Shown: positions 48,822-58,802 of the stretch, piece after piece
Layout of the letters: each line of letters starts with the position of its first letter
Position numbering within the stretch: position 1 is the first letter of the stretch
Source: Desulfatiglandales bacterium
Lineage (GTDB): Bacteria > Desulfobacterota > DSM-4660 > Desulfatiglandales > Desulfatiglandaceae
Reading direction: 5' to 3'
DNA length: 64,000 nucleotides
Assembly: GCA_963666345.1 (NCBI GenBank)
Contig: OY762721.1
Location: 1-64,000 of the forward strand
Program-made: the position numbers and the translations under genes
Notes under the pieces: model-generated
What the model saw: only the letters and a program-made list of their open reading frames with translations
What the model was told of the DNA's origin: nothing
Databases searched by the model: none

Positions 48822-50453
48822 ATGACAGTAAGACTCGCTGTAATATTTGGATACTTTATGGTTCTTCTTTCAATCGGCTTTCTTACCAGGACAAGATGGA
48901 AAGCCACGCCTGATGAGTATTTCCTGGCAGGAAGAAGACTTGCAGGGTTTCTGCTGCTGGGTACCATGGCCGCCACCAATTTTTCGGCCTTTACCGTATT
49001 CGGAGCGTCAGGGGCCGGGTACAGGCACGGCTACGCCTTTTTTCCGATCGTTGGTTTCGGTACCGGGTTCATGGCGCTGACATTCTGGCTGATCGGAAAA
49101 AAGGCCAGGGAACTGGGAAAGGCAAATGCCCTTATCACTCCGGCTGAGCTGGTTGGGAATCTCTACTCAAACAGGTCTCTTTCCCTTGTTTTTTCAATCG
49201 TCATGATAATATTCACCATCCCCTACATAGCGCTTCAACCGATTGCAGGCGGGTATGTGCTTAACAGACTTTTTGATCTGCCTCAGGCGGCTGGTGCCTG
49301 CCTTGTAACTTTAATAATCGTAATATACACATTCAGGGGAGGGCTAAGGGCGGTTGCATGGACCGATATGTTCCAGGGTTCTTTGATGGTTGTCCTTCTG
49401 ATCGTTGCCTTTTTTCTGGTTTCAAGCCATCATGGAGGCCTGGGAAAGGCAAACGAAACGCTGCGTCTGGCAAATCCCGCTCTTCTTTCAAGACCGGGGG
49501 GGGTGGGGGCATTCGGTCCTGCCATGTGGTTCAGCTATCTCATGCTCTGGTTTTTCTGCGATCCGATGTTCCCGCAGCTATTCCAGCGCTTTTTCAGCGC
49601 GAGAAGTGAAAAAGCGCTAGCCAGGACCATGCTCTTTTATCCCTTTGTATGCACGCTTGTGTTCCTGCTGCCCGTAAGCCTGGGCGTAATGGGGACACTC
49701 ACCTTTCCAGGTCTTTCCGGTAAGGAGGCTGATCAGATCCTTCCGATCCTGTTGACCGAGATCTGCGGGGATTTCATGGGGACACTTATCATGTCCGCCG
49801 GTCTAGCAGCTCTTATGTCAACCATGGATTCTCAACTATTGACCCTCAGCTCAATTTTTACAAGGGACATATATCCTGCCGTCACAGGGCAGAAAGTAAA
49901 AAGCGCGATGCCCGGGAAGATTTTCGTCTTGGTCCTTGCAGGTCTGGGAGTCCTTATGGCGATAAATCCTCCCGGTACGATCCTGAAGATCGCCACTCAG
50001 ACATTCACCGGGCTTGCGGTGCTTTTCCCTACCGTGCTGATGGGACTATACACCAGAAGACCTGACCCGGTTGCGGCTATAACGTCCATTATTTCCGGAG
50101 AGGCGCTTGTGCTGCTTTCCTATGTGGGAAAATTTCCATCTGGAGGCTTTCTTCCGGCGGTCCCGATAATAGTGCTGGCCTTCGCGGTTTACTTCGTTGT
50201 GTCTTTTACACGCGGAAAGGGGGGTGTCGGTATCCTGCTTCCATCGAGGAGGACAATGCTGTTTTCCTTGCTTTTTCTGTCTCTGTTCGTCCTGGCAATA
50301 GACTGGTGGTGGTGGAACGATTCCGCCTCTTATCTGTGGGGATTTCCCTTTTGGGTAATATACTTTATTATTCTTTCGGCCATACAGACACTGCTTATGA
50401 GATGGTGGCTGAAAAGTGGCAGGCCACACCCCTTTGATCCGCCTGTTTCATAA
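48822..50453 (+). CDS. Sodium:solute symporter (PanF/PutP-like) with C-terminal extra membrane domain
   Basis: EYFLAGR, ATNFSAFT, GGLRAVAWTD and AALMSTMDSQLL motifs. Confidence 0.9.
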   Translation: MTVRLAVIFGYFMVLLSIGFLTRTRWKATPDEYFLAGRRLAGFLLLGTMAATNFSAFTVFGASGAGYRHGYAFFPIVGFGTGFMALTFWLIGKKARELGKANALITPAELVGNLYSNRSLSLVFSIVMIIFTIPYIALQPIAGGYVLNRLFDLPQAAGACLVTLIIVIYTFRGGLRAVAWTDMFQGSLMVVLLIVAFFLVSSHHGGLGKANETLRLANPALLSRPGGVGAFGPAMWFSYLMLWFFCDPMFPQLFQRFFSARSEKALARTMLFYPFVCTLVFLLPVSLGVMGTLTFPGLSGKEADQILPILLTEICGDFMGTLIMSAGLAALMSTMDSQLLTLSSIFTRDIYPAVTGQKVKSAMPGKIFVLVLAGLGVLMAINPPGTILKIATQTFTGLAVLFPTVLMGLYTRRPDPVAAITSIISGEALVLLSYVGKFPSGGFLPAVPIIVLAFAVYFVVSFTRGKGGVGILLPSRRTMLFSLLFLSLFVLAIDWWWWNDSASYLWGFPFWVIYFIILSAIQTLLMRWWLKSGRPHPFDPPVS

Positions 50454-52338
50454 CGGGTTCTTCCCTTTGGCAGATCTCCTGCCTTTTAGGACAAAAAGGG
50501 TAAAAGGCGCAACCTTCAATATCCTCTGTTAGCCGCAGATGATCAACACTCACCTTACATGTCCCTGATGCGCTTTCAATCAGAAGCATGGTATAGGGAT
50601 GGACAGGCCGGGAAAGGATGAGGGAGGCCCGTCCAAACTCCACAATCCTTCCTTTAAGCATCACCGCAATTTTATCGCTTACCTTTCTGGCAAGGCCGAC
50701 GTCGTGACTTACAAAGATGGTGGTAAGGCCTTTTTCTGTCTGGAGATGCAAAAGCAGCTTTAGGACCTTTGCCTGAACGCTTGGGTCAAGAGAGCTTGTA
50801 GGCTCGTCCGCTATCAGAAGGGAAGGGGAAAGAACAAGGGCCCTGGCGATGCAGACCCGCTGAAGAGCACCCATGTTAAGCTCATGGGGGTAACGGCCAA
50901 GAAAGGAATCATCTGTTGAAAGATGAACCTCTGACAGGGCCTTTTGTACGAGATCTTTGACTTTGTGCCGGTCAGCCGCCCTGCCATGGATCCTTAGAGG
51001 TTCGGCTACCGCATCAAAAACGGAAAACCTGTGGCTTATTGATTCAGCCGGGTTTTGATATATTATACCTATCCTCTTTGAAAGGCTTTTAAAGTCTCGT
51101 TTAATCCATGTATCCATATCCTGAGCTTCAAAGGATCGTTTTCCCTTGTCAGGTTTTATGATACCGGCCGCTGTCATGGCCAGAGTGGTCTTGCCCGAGC
51201 CCGTCTCTCCGACTATAGAGACAAATTCCCCTGCCTTAAGGATGAAATCGAGCGGCTTAAGGGCAATGATGTCGCCGTAATTTTTGGATACACCATTGAG
51301 ACTCAAGATATCCACGATACCTTTTCTGAGGCACCTGAGCTGGTGGGTTCCAACTTGCTCGATTTCCACAAAACCATGTCCGCATTCTTCTGTCGCCTGT
51401 GTGCACCTGTCGTAAAAAAGGCATCCCGTGGGAGGGGCGTGTCCGTCTTTGTGGGCTGATTCAGGGGCCTTTATGTGTGAGTGTCTGTAGCGTTCCCTGT
51501 CTTTGTGGCCATGCTGGTGTATGAGCCTGTAAAAGGCGTCACCCTTGATCCCGCCCAGATCCCTTGCGGTATCCATTGAGGGGAAAGACCTTCCCAGGGC
51601 CATTGTGTATGGATGAGAGGGGTTTGAAAGCATCTCGGCAGAGGGGAGCGTTTCCATGACCTGGCCCAGATAGAGGAGCGCCATCCTTTCTGAATTCCGG
51701 ACGGCGAATTCAAGGTCATGGGTTATCAGAAGTATCGATTTACCTCTGTTTGTCGCCTTTCTTATGATCTCCGCGACAAAATCCTTGCTTAGGACATCGA
51801 GGGCGGATGTGGGCTCATCGAGTATAATCACCTCCGGATCGAGTATGTTGGCCATGGCTATCAGACAGCGCTGCACCTGGCCGCCGCTCAGCTGGTGTGG
51901 GTATTTTCGGTGGTACCGGCTGGAAAGGCCCATCTCCTCCAGAGCCGTGGCTGCAATTTGGATGGCCTCCCTTTTACCTGAACCCCGGTGCTGTAAATAA
52001 GGCTCGGCTACCTGATCCAGTACGGTATAGACCGGGTTAAGACTGGCTGCACCGTCTTGAAAAACCATTGAAAGCCTTTCCCACCTCAGCCGGTTAAGTG
52101 AATGCTCGTCAGAATAGTCGATTTTTTCCCCGCCAAGCAGTATGTCACCTTCTTTGTCCGCGTTTTCAGGAAGAAGACCGAGGCATGCCTTTCCCAGTGT
52201 GGTTTTACCTGAGCCTGATTCTCCCACCAGGGAAAGGCATTGCCCAGGTTTTATCTCAAGACTCACTTTCTCAATGGCCTGTATGCTGTGCCCGCCGTCT
52301 TTATACACGACGCTTATGTCCCTTATTTCTAAGCTCAT
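50395..52338 (-). CDS. Fused double ABC ATPase, Opp/Dpp/Nik family, with His-rich insert
   Basis: Two Walker A motifs (GESGSGKT, GETGSGKT); two HPYT plus Cys-cluster tails. Confidence 0.92.
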   Translation of the reverse strand: MSLEIRDISVVYKDGGHSIQAIEKVSLEIKPGQCLSLVGESGSGKTTLGKACLGLLPENADKEGDILLGGEKIDYSDEHSLNRLRWERLSMVFQDGAASLNPVYTVLDQVAEPYLQHRGSGKREAIQIAATALEEMGLSSRYHRKYPHQLSGGQVQRCLIAMANILDPEVIILDEPTSALDVLSKDFVAEIIRKATNRGKSILLITHDLEFAVRNSERMALLYLGQVMETLPSAEMLSNPSHPYTMALGRSFPSMDTARDLGGIKGDAFYRLIHQHGHKDRERYRHSHIKAPESAHKDGHAPPTGCLFYDRCTQATEECGHGFVEIEQVGTHQLRCLRKGIVDILSLNGVSKNYGDIIALKPLDFILKAGEFVSIVGETGSGKTTLAMTAAGIIKPDKGKRSFEAQDMDTWIKRDFKSLSKRIGIIYQNPAESISHRFSVFDAVAEPLRIHGRAADRHKVKDLVQKALSEVHLSTDDSFLGRYPHELNMGALQRVCIARALVLSPSLLIADEPTSSLDPSVQAKVLKLLLHLQTEKGLTTIFVSHDVGLARKVSDKIAVMLKGRIVEFGRASLILSRPVHPYTMLLIESASGTCKVSVDHLRLTEDIEGCAFYPFCPKRQEICQREEPVMKQADQRGVACHFSATIS

Positions 52339-53195
52339 CGGTTTTTTCCTATAAGGGCCTCTCTCAAACGTGGATCAAGTGCCTTTTCAAGACTTATTGC
52401 AAGAAACGTGGCCGTCATAATAAGCAGAGAGAGACAGATTATCGGTGGAAATATCCAGTTCCACCATATATCCATGTAATAAAATTTGATGGAATAACTG
52501 ATCATCATTCCAAGTGACTTGCGGCAAGGATCAAACAGGCCTAGAAAGGCAAGGGACGCCTCCATAAATATGGCCATTCTGGCCTTTGCAGCAAAACCTA
52601 TCAGGTAGAGCGGGTATAGCTCCGGAAGCAGATGACGAATGATAATGTAACAGCTTCCTCCACCCATTTGTCGGGCGGCCCTAACGTGCAGGCTGTTTTT
52701 AAGTGAGAGGGTCTGGGCGCGGATCGCTTTGGCTATAGTGGGCCACATGAGTCCGGATAGTATTATCGCCAGAATTTCCGGCGAAGGCCTGAATAGTGCT
52801 GCTGCGAGTATAAGGACCATTATCGCCGGTATTGCAAGGAGGATGTCCGCGAGCCGCATAAGAAGCGAGTCGGCAATACCCTCGAACCAGCCTGAAGCGG
52901 TGCCTGCAACAACTCCTATCACAAGCGCTGCAAGTCCGCTTAAAAGCCCGAATGCCGTGGTGTTCCTGACCGCAAAGATCAATTCGGACAAGATGTCCTG
53001 GCCCCCGTCGTTTACGCCCAGCAGGTGCGTGCCTGTAGGCGCCGATATGGGTGAGAAGGACATTTCCCATGGATCGTAAGGCGCCACAAAAGGGCCCAAG
53101 AAGGCGATTGCAGAAAAGAACAGGGCCAGAGTAAAGCCTGCAACAAAAAAGGGATCATGCATTATGTAACTGCGCATGCTAACGTGCATTTCCAA
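52335..53195 (-). CDS. Opp/Dpp/Nik ABC permease (C-type)
   Basis: HLLGVNDGGQDI, AARQMGG and EASLAFLGL motifs. Confidence 0.9.
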   Translation of the reverse strand: MEMHVSMRSYIMHDPFFVAGFTLALFFSAIAFLGPFVAPYDPWEMSFSPISAPTGTHLLGVNDGGQDILSELIFAVRNTTAFGLLSGLAALVIGVVAGTASGWFEGIADSLLMRLADILLAIPAIMVLILAAALFRPSPEILAIILSGLMWPTIAKAIRAQTLSLKNSLHVRAARQMGGGSCYIIIRHLLPELYPLYLIGFAAKARMAIFMEASLAFLGLFDPCRKSLGMMISYSIKFYYMDIWWNWIFPPIICLSLLIMTATFLAISLEKALDPRLREALIGKNR

Positions 53196-54165
53196 TCCTT
53201 GGATCGATCATCCTGTAGGTGTGCTCCATGCCTAGTATGACGGCCAGGACCATTACCGAAGAAGCGAGCACAACAGCCTGAATCACGGGCAGGTCCCGAG
53301 CCTGGATAGCGTTGAAGAGAAGTGTGCCAAGGCCGGGGTATGAATTTATTCTTTCAACCACAAGGGCGCCTGTGATCATGAAGGCGAACCTTAGGCCGAA
53401 GCGGGTTACGACAGGTAAAAGGGCATTTCTGGCAGCGTGTTTATAACGTATCTTCAGCGGTGGTATGCCTTTTGCTTTTGCCGTAATAATGAACTGCGCC
53501 TTTATAACCATTATCATACTGTTTCTGGTCAGAAGGAAATTACCGGGCACATAGGCGAGGACAAGAGTCAAAAGGGGTAGAACCAGATGATGGCCGAGAT
53601 CTAAGATCCTCTCAAAAAAGGCATTCTGCGCATATGCGGTTTCAGCACCTGAGGCGGGAAACCATTGAAGATGCAAGGCAAAAATCACAAGAAGGATGAC
53701 GCCAGAGCAGATTTCTGGTATCCCCTCGAGAAGAGTCATCCCGCCTACCATCAATTTTTCGAACCGGCTGTTTTGACGCCAGACAGCCTCCACTCCCCCT
53801 ATAAATCCCACGAGAGTTGATATTATGTGGGCCGATCCCATTAGAAGAATCGTCCATAGAAGCGCGCTGAAAAACAGGGGGGCTACCGGAGTAAGAAAAG
53901 CGTAGGAATATCCCCAATCAAGACTCAAGATCCTTATAAGGTAGGACAAAAACCCTCTGTCCTCGTTATAATAGGCCTTGAGTTCTGTCTCCTGCTGTGC
54001 TGTAAGAGTGACATTTGAACTGCCGTACATGGCGGTGATAAAGTCACCCGGCAGAAGACTCGGAATCTTATAGCTGAGATATATCATAAGAAGGGCTGTG
54101 ACACAGAAAGTCACGATAATGCCGGCCCTTCTTTTTAGTTTATCTGAACCGGCCTTTGTTTTCAT
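53179..54165 (-). CDS. Opp/Dpp/Nik ABC permease (B-type)
   Basis: LPGD, TAKAKG, HAARNALLP and YPGLG...ARDLP motifs; start moved to 54165 (ATGA coupling). Confidence 0.9.
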   Translation of the reverse strand: MKTKAGSDKLKRRAGIIVTFCVTALLMIYLSYKIPSLLPGDFITAMYGSSNVTLTAQQETELKAYYNEDRGFLSYLIRILSLDWGYSYAFLTPVAPLFFSALLWTILLMGSAHIISTLVGFIGGVEAVWRQNSRFEKLMVGGMTLLEGIPEICSGVILLVIFALHLQWFPASGAETAYAQNAFFERILDLGHHLVLPLLTLVLAYVPGNFLLTRNSMIMVIKAQFIITAKAKGIPPLKIRYKHAARNALLPVVTRFGLRFAFMITGALVVERINSYPGLGTLLFNAIQARDLPVIQAVVLASSVMVLAVILGMEHTYRMIDPRIGNAR

Positions 54166-55757
54166 TTTCTTATCAGTGACAGTTTGTTCTGGGCAATCGG
54201 TATCCCGAGCGATATGCCTCCTTTTGTATAAAACCACTTGATTCCACTTTCAGGATTGTATGCCGCCATGGAAGCGGGGTAGTAGAGGGAGATTGCAGGG
54301 AGTTCGTCCGCATAGATCTCCTGTATCTTGTAGACCAGGGCCTTTCGCTTTTCAATATCCATCTCAGTTATCTGTGACCTTAGCAGGTCCAGAAGTTCTT
54401 TGTTGGCCCCGAAACGAGCCGAATTAACCGATCCGGTGATGTTGGGATTTATCATTCTGTTAAGTATGCGGGCGTCTCCCAGGAGGCCGCCGTGACCCGA
54501 TATCGCAAGATCGAACTGCCACTTTTTGACCCTGGCGTCGGTTGTGGCCTGCTCCATGTTTGCAAGTTCCACCTTTATTCCCGCCTCCTCGAGTTGTTTC
54601 CTGATCACTTCGCCGTCCCTGTCTGCGACCGATTCCCCAGCCACTGTGATGTTTGAAGACAGCAACCCCACTTTCAACGGCTTTCCATCCCTTTCATAGA
54701 AACCATCTGATCCTTCCTTATAGCCCAGGGCTTCCAGCACCCTTCGTGCCCTTGAAGTGTCATGATTGTACTGAGGGGTGTCAGGGTTGTAAAACTCATG
54801 ATCGGGGGAAAGAAGACCGAAGGACGCAGGTGATCCAAAACCTCGGTGTGCCTTCTCTATTATTTCCTGGCGGTCGATTGCGTAGGCCAGGGCTCTTCTG
54901 AAGCACTTGTCGTCAAGCGGGGCCTTTTTGTGATTTATCATCAGCTTTTTATTCCAGCCCCTTGCGTTTTCAATTATTGTCATTCCCTTTTCCAGGAGTG
55001 GCTTTGCCATGTCGGGCTTTATGTTTGCCATGTCCGCATTTCCGGTCAAGAGGGTCATTATGGGATTTCCCGCCTTTATGTATATAAGGCGATCTGTAAG
55101 AGGTCTTCCCATATAATATTGTCTGTTCGCCTCGTAGAGATAAGTCCCTTTTGTCTTGTCAAAATCGATGAATTTGAATGGGCCGGAGCCTATAAATGCC
55201 GCTGGTTCATTGAACTTCCTCGGTTCATCTACGTTTTCCCATATATGCTTCGGGATAATGGGCATGGTACCCCCGATATAGGCTATAAAGGGGGCGTAAG
55301 GTTTATGGAGGGTTATTGCAACCTCATTAGGGCCGACCTGCTCTGCCCCTTTGACCTGTTCCATCGGAACCCAGTTGTACGGGTGTTTCTTGAAATATTT
55401 TACCGTAAAGACGACATCATCCGCACTGAAAGGAGTTCCGTCATGCCATTTTATGTCGTTTCTGAGCCTGAAGACAAAACTCAATGTCTCCGGCCTGTAT
55501 TTCCAGGAAGAGGCAAGGGCGGGTAGATAACCTTTTTGGTCCTTCCAGATAAGGGTGTCAAAGACCCAGCTCATCCTAATATAACCGGGCCCTCTCGGGT
55601 AATGGCGGTAGGGATTGGGATATCCCCAGTCTCCCTTGCTGTCGGAGATGCGAATCTCTTTTAAAATCTCCTGGGCCATGAGCTGAGAAGAACTGCTTAA
55701 AATGCCAAGAATCAAGAAAGAAAAAATAAAAGTGCAAATAGTTAATCTCAATTTCAT
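54162..55757 (-). CDS. Family 5 solute-binding protein (Opp/Dpp/Nik)
   Basis: Signal peptide; LASSW, KWHDGTPFSADDV, IGSGPF and FRRALAYAIDR motifs. Confidence 0.92.
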   Translation of the reverse strand: MKLRLTICTFIFSFLILGILSSSSQLMAQEILKEIRISDSKGDWGYPNPYRHYPRGPGYIRMSWVFDTLIWKDQKGYLPALASSWKYRPETLSFVFRLRNDIKWHDGTPFSADDVVFTVKYFKKHPYNWVPMEQVKGAEQVGPNEVAITLHKPYAPFIAYIGGTMPIIPKHIWENVDEPRKFNEPAAFIGSGPFKFIDFDKTKGTYLYEANRQYYMGRPLTDRLIYIKAGNPIMTLLTGNADMANIKPDMAKPLLEKGMTIIENARGWNKKLMINHKKAPLDDKCFRRALAYAIDRQEIIEKAHRGFGSPASFGLLSPDHEFYNPDTPQYNHDTSRARRVLEALGYKEGSDGFYERDGKPLKVGLLSSNITVAGESVADRDGEVIRKQLEEAGIKVELANMEQATTDARVKKWQFDLAISGHGGLLGDARILNRMINPNITGSVNSARFGANKELLDLLRSQITEMDIEKRKALVYKIQEIYADELPAISLYYPASMAAYNPESGIKWFYTKGGISLGIPIAQNKLSLIRK

Positions 55758-55788
55758 GAGGATTCTCCCTGTTACGTTAAGATAAAAT

Positions 55789-55841
55789 AAAAAAAGCCAT
55801 GACAGGCACCTTCTTCAGGGAAGGTATCGCCTTCATGGCTT
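55789..55841 (-). terminator. Intrinsic terminator inside the 5' leader of the ABC operon (attenuator candidate)
   Basis: Minus strand AAGCCATGA-AGGC-...-GCCT-G-TCATGGC followed by a T-tract, ending ~30 nt before the start codon. Confidence 0.65.
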
Positions 55842-56041
55842 GTATCCTTGTTTATTCCAAATTTTCGGTTTTTACTTCTGATTCAGTTGGATGCGGGCTT
55901 CCTGCCCGAGATATCCGCTACCTTTTATTTTAACTCGAAGGTTTTGTCAATGACTTTTGGGTGTTAGTAGTAGTAAAACAGATCTAATATTAAAAGAATG
56001 AAGGAGATATTTATCTGAAGGTGTAAGGAGAAAGCTTGAAT

Positions 56042-56227
56042 ATGAATGAAAGGAATGTGGAATTTCTTATATGCCCCAGAAAGAAGGGAAATCCGAGAAT
56101 GCATGTGGATCTGTGCAGCGTGTGCAGGTGGAATCTGAAATGTCCCGCTTATGGTGAATACCGTCAACCGTTGCTTCTCATGAATTATAGAGATGAAGGC
56201 AGGAAAAGAAAAAACAGGCACCGTTAG
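56042..56227 (+). CDS. Small Cys-rich hypothetical protein
   Basis: AAGGAG RBS; C-x13-CxxC-x5-C pattern. Confidence 0.5.
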   Translation: MNERNVEFLICPRKKGNPRMHVDLCSVCRWNLKCPAYGEYRQPLLLMNYRDEGRKRKNRHR

Positions 56228-56253
56228 ACGAAATATTAAAAAAAGGGCAATCC

Positions 56254-57330
56254 ATGGAATGTAAACCGGATTTTAATCGGTTCATAATGGCTGCTAATCA
56301 CAGAGAGGCGGACAGGGTTCCTCTATGTGAAGGCACTATCGGATATGCTATCCAGAGCAGGTTCCTGGGCTGTGAGGTAAAACCGGAGGATCTTGCGTCA
56401 CAGGTGCGCTTTTATGCCGAGGCGGGATATGATTATTTTCCGGTTGTGATTGCGCTGATCAGACCGGGAAAGGTTACGGAAGAGTCTAAGATCACCAGGC
56501 TCTTAAAAAAAATGGTCCTGGAAGAGAACCCGAATGAAACAGACCCTAAAAAATGGAACCTTGAATGCACGAGCTTCATCCATGACCGTATCGATTTTGA
56601 ACGTTTCCCATGGCATGCGGCCGAGATAGATTACCAACAGCTCGAAGACGTTCAGGAACTTCTGCCTGAGGGGATGAAGGTTATGGCTATAAATGGAAAG
56701 ATTTTCACTTTGACATGGATGCTAATGGGTTTTGAAAATTTCTGTATGAAACTTATGCTGGAACCTGAGCTTGTGCAGGATGTGCTTGAAAAGGTGGCGG
56801 ATATCCATTTTAGGGCGCTTGACGCCATATTGTCGAAGGAATTCGTGGGTGCGGTACGCGTAACTGATGATCTGGCATTCGGGAGCGGGCCCATAGTTGA
56901 TCCGGAATTGTTTAAACGGTTTGTACTTCCATGGTACAGAAAAATGGCTGATAAGTGTCACGAAAGAGGTCGCCTATTTATCATGCATACGGACGGAGAT
57001 GTAAGTGAGTTGATGGAAGACCTCATTGATACCGGTGTGGACGTGCTGCATCCGGTAGATCCTACATGTATGGATATATTTAAAGTAAAGAGGAAATGGG
57101 GCTCTCGGATTTCACTTAACGGAAATGTCCCTAATGAGATGCTTAGAAACGGGAGTGCTGAAGATGTAAGGAGATACACCCTAATGCTTTTGAAAGAGGT
57201 GGCTCCGGGCGGAGGATATTTTCTGGGAGCTGGAAATTCGGTACCTGATTGGTCTAATTTTGAAAATTACATGATTATGCGTGAAACAGCCATAAAAGAG
57301 GGCGCCTATCCTATAATTGTGAAGATTTGA
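56254..57330 (+). CDS. Uroporphyrinogen decarboxylase/MtaA-like family protein
   Basis: DRVP, LMGFE, DDLAF, HTDGD, GNV and PGGGYFLG.GNSV motifs. Confidence 0.85.
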   Translation: MECKPDFNRFIMAANHREADRVPLCEGTIGYAIQSRFLGCEVKPEDLASQVRFYAEAGYDYFPVVIALIRPGKVTEESKITRLLKKMVLEENPNETDPKKWNLECTSFIHDRIDFERFPWHAAEIDYQQLEDVQELLPEGMKVMAINGKIFTLTWMLMGFENFCMKLMLEPELVQDVLEKVADIHFRALDAILSKEFVGAVRVTDDLAFGSGPIVDPELFKRFVLPWYRKMADKCHERGRLFIMHTDGDVSELMEDLIDTGVDVLHPVDPTCMDIFKVKRKWGSRISLNGNVPNEMLRNGSAEDVRRYTLMLLKEVAPGGGYFLGAGNSVPDWSNFENYMIMRETAIKEGAYPIIVKI

Positions 57331-57368
57331 GAATAGGTTTCTTTCCTCCTGCCCTTTTTAAATATGTG

Positions 57369-58292
57369 TTACTTTTGTTCCGAAAACCTTGTGAAGGACT
57401 TTGCATTGGCCTTGCCCTGCGCGTATATATCATGCCAGCCTTCGGGAACGGGCATTTGTTCATAGAGGCTGGTCCTGTCTGCTTCAAGCAAAAGGCGTGG
57501 GCTTTTCATGAAGTCTGCTGCGCAGAGAACCTTTTTCCCTGATTTTCTTGAAAGATCTTCCAGCCATTTAAGACCCTCCCTGCTTCTTAAAAGATGATGG
57601 TCAAGTATTAACCTGTCCACGAATGTGGCGAGTCTCAACGCGTTATTCCATGCCCTGTCACGTTGTTTATGGCTCAATCGTCCAAGGTATAATGCCGGGC
57701 CGCCGGCAATGAGGATGTCCGGCTTCCATGATACTATAAGGGAAACCGTTTTATCATCAAGGAGCTGGATGTCCGATGCATGGACAAATACCTTATCTTT
57801 TTCAATTTTGCTCATCATAACGGTCTCACGGGCGGGCGTTTCCTCTCCGTGCGGTACGGGATCGGAGAAGCTGACAGGGCCATTGCTTGTATTTCCAAAC
57901 CTCCAGTCAGCGTTAAATAGGCCTCTCAGTGAATCGAAACGAATTTTTTCGGTTTGTGACAGGCATTCAGGCCTTTTGGTCCAGATATGGACTGTTTCGG
58001 CCGGTTTGAGTAGGCTGCGTACGTCCAGTTGGTAGGGATTGGCATTCGTAAGGGGAACATGATCACCGTGAAAGTGACTGAACACGATGTCGGTGGCCTT
58101 TGCCCATACATTGATAATCCTTTCACGCACAATCTCGTCAACCGCTATCTGTGCGGGGTGTGGAGAAAGCCCGTTCCTAACGTATCCTAGGGATATCCCC
58201 GGATCGATCAGTATCTTTCGGTCACCGGCCTTTACATAACAGCAGAGGCCTCTTACGCCTAGAGACTCGGCTCCTATAATTTCAATTTCCAT
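57369..58292 (-). CDS. Metallo-beta-lactamase-fold protein (UPF0282-like)
   Basis: AESLGVRG, IDPG, SHFHGDH, VPHG, HASD and LDHHLLR motifs; start moved to 58292. Confidence 0.82.
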   Translation of the reverse strand: MEIEIIGAESLGVRGLCCYVKAGDRKILIDPGISLGYVRNGLSPHPAQIAVDEIVRERIINVWAKATDIVFSHFHGDHVPLTNANPYQLDVRSLLKPAETVHIWTKRPECLSQTEKIRFDSLRGLFNADWRFGNTSNGPVSFSDPVPHGEETPARETVMMSKIEKDKVFVHASDIQLLDDKTVSLIVSWKPDILIAGGPALYLGRLSHKQRDRAWNNALRLATFVDRLILDHHLLRSREGLKWLEDLSRKSGKKVLCAADFMKSPRLLLEADRTSLYEQMPVPEGWHDIYAQGKANAKSFTRFSEQK

Positions 58293-58499
58293 AATGCGAG
58301 GCCTCTTAAAAAAACTGTTCTTTTTTGCCCATTTCAATTTTATGATCCTTGAACGTTTCTGGAACGAAACAAACCACGCCATGGTCTCTTTCTGGTCAAG
58401 ACACTTGTATCATAACCCGTTTTCTGGTAGGACATCCACAGTTTTAATAGGTCCGCCTTTGTACGAAAGCGGATAATTTATTTTCTTTGGAGCAGAAAA

Positions 58500-58802
58500 A
58501 TGTCCGGGTTCACGGAAGTCATACTGATTGTCGCTCTCATATTGGGGATTCTCCTTGTCCCCAGGATCATGAATAAAGAACAGGAGGCCAGGGTCGTGAA
58601 GAGACCGGGAAAAGGGCTGAAGCTTGCCGGCTGGATACGGCTTGGCATCCTGGCATCTTTCGTATGGCCGGGCATTATCGCAGTCTATTTGAAGCCGTGG
58701 AACGGCCATTGGCAGAGTTTTTTATGCATAGCAATCGGTCCGGTAGCCTTGGCATGGGGCATTTTCTGGGTGTCTTCAGGTTTTAGAAAAAAAGGAATAT
58801 AA
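58500..58802 (+). CDS. Small membrane hypothetical protein
   Basis: GGAG RBS; three hydrophobic segments. Confidence 0.6.
   Translation: MSGFTEVILIVALILGILLVPRIMNKEQEARVVKRPGKGLKLAGWIRLGILASFVWPGIIAVYLKPWNGHWQSFLCIAIGPVALAWGIFWVSSGFRKKGI

Noticed and set aside
55961..55990. GTGTTA...TAATAT as a possible NikR box
   Set aside because: Half-sites and spacing do not form a convincing palindrome.
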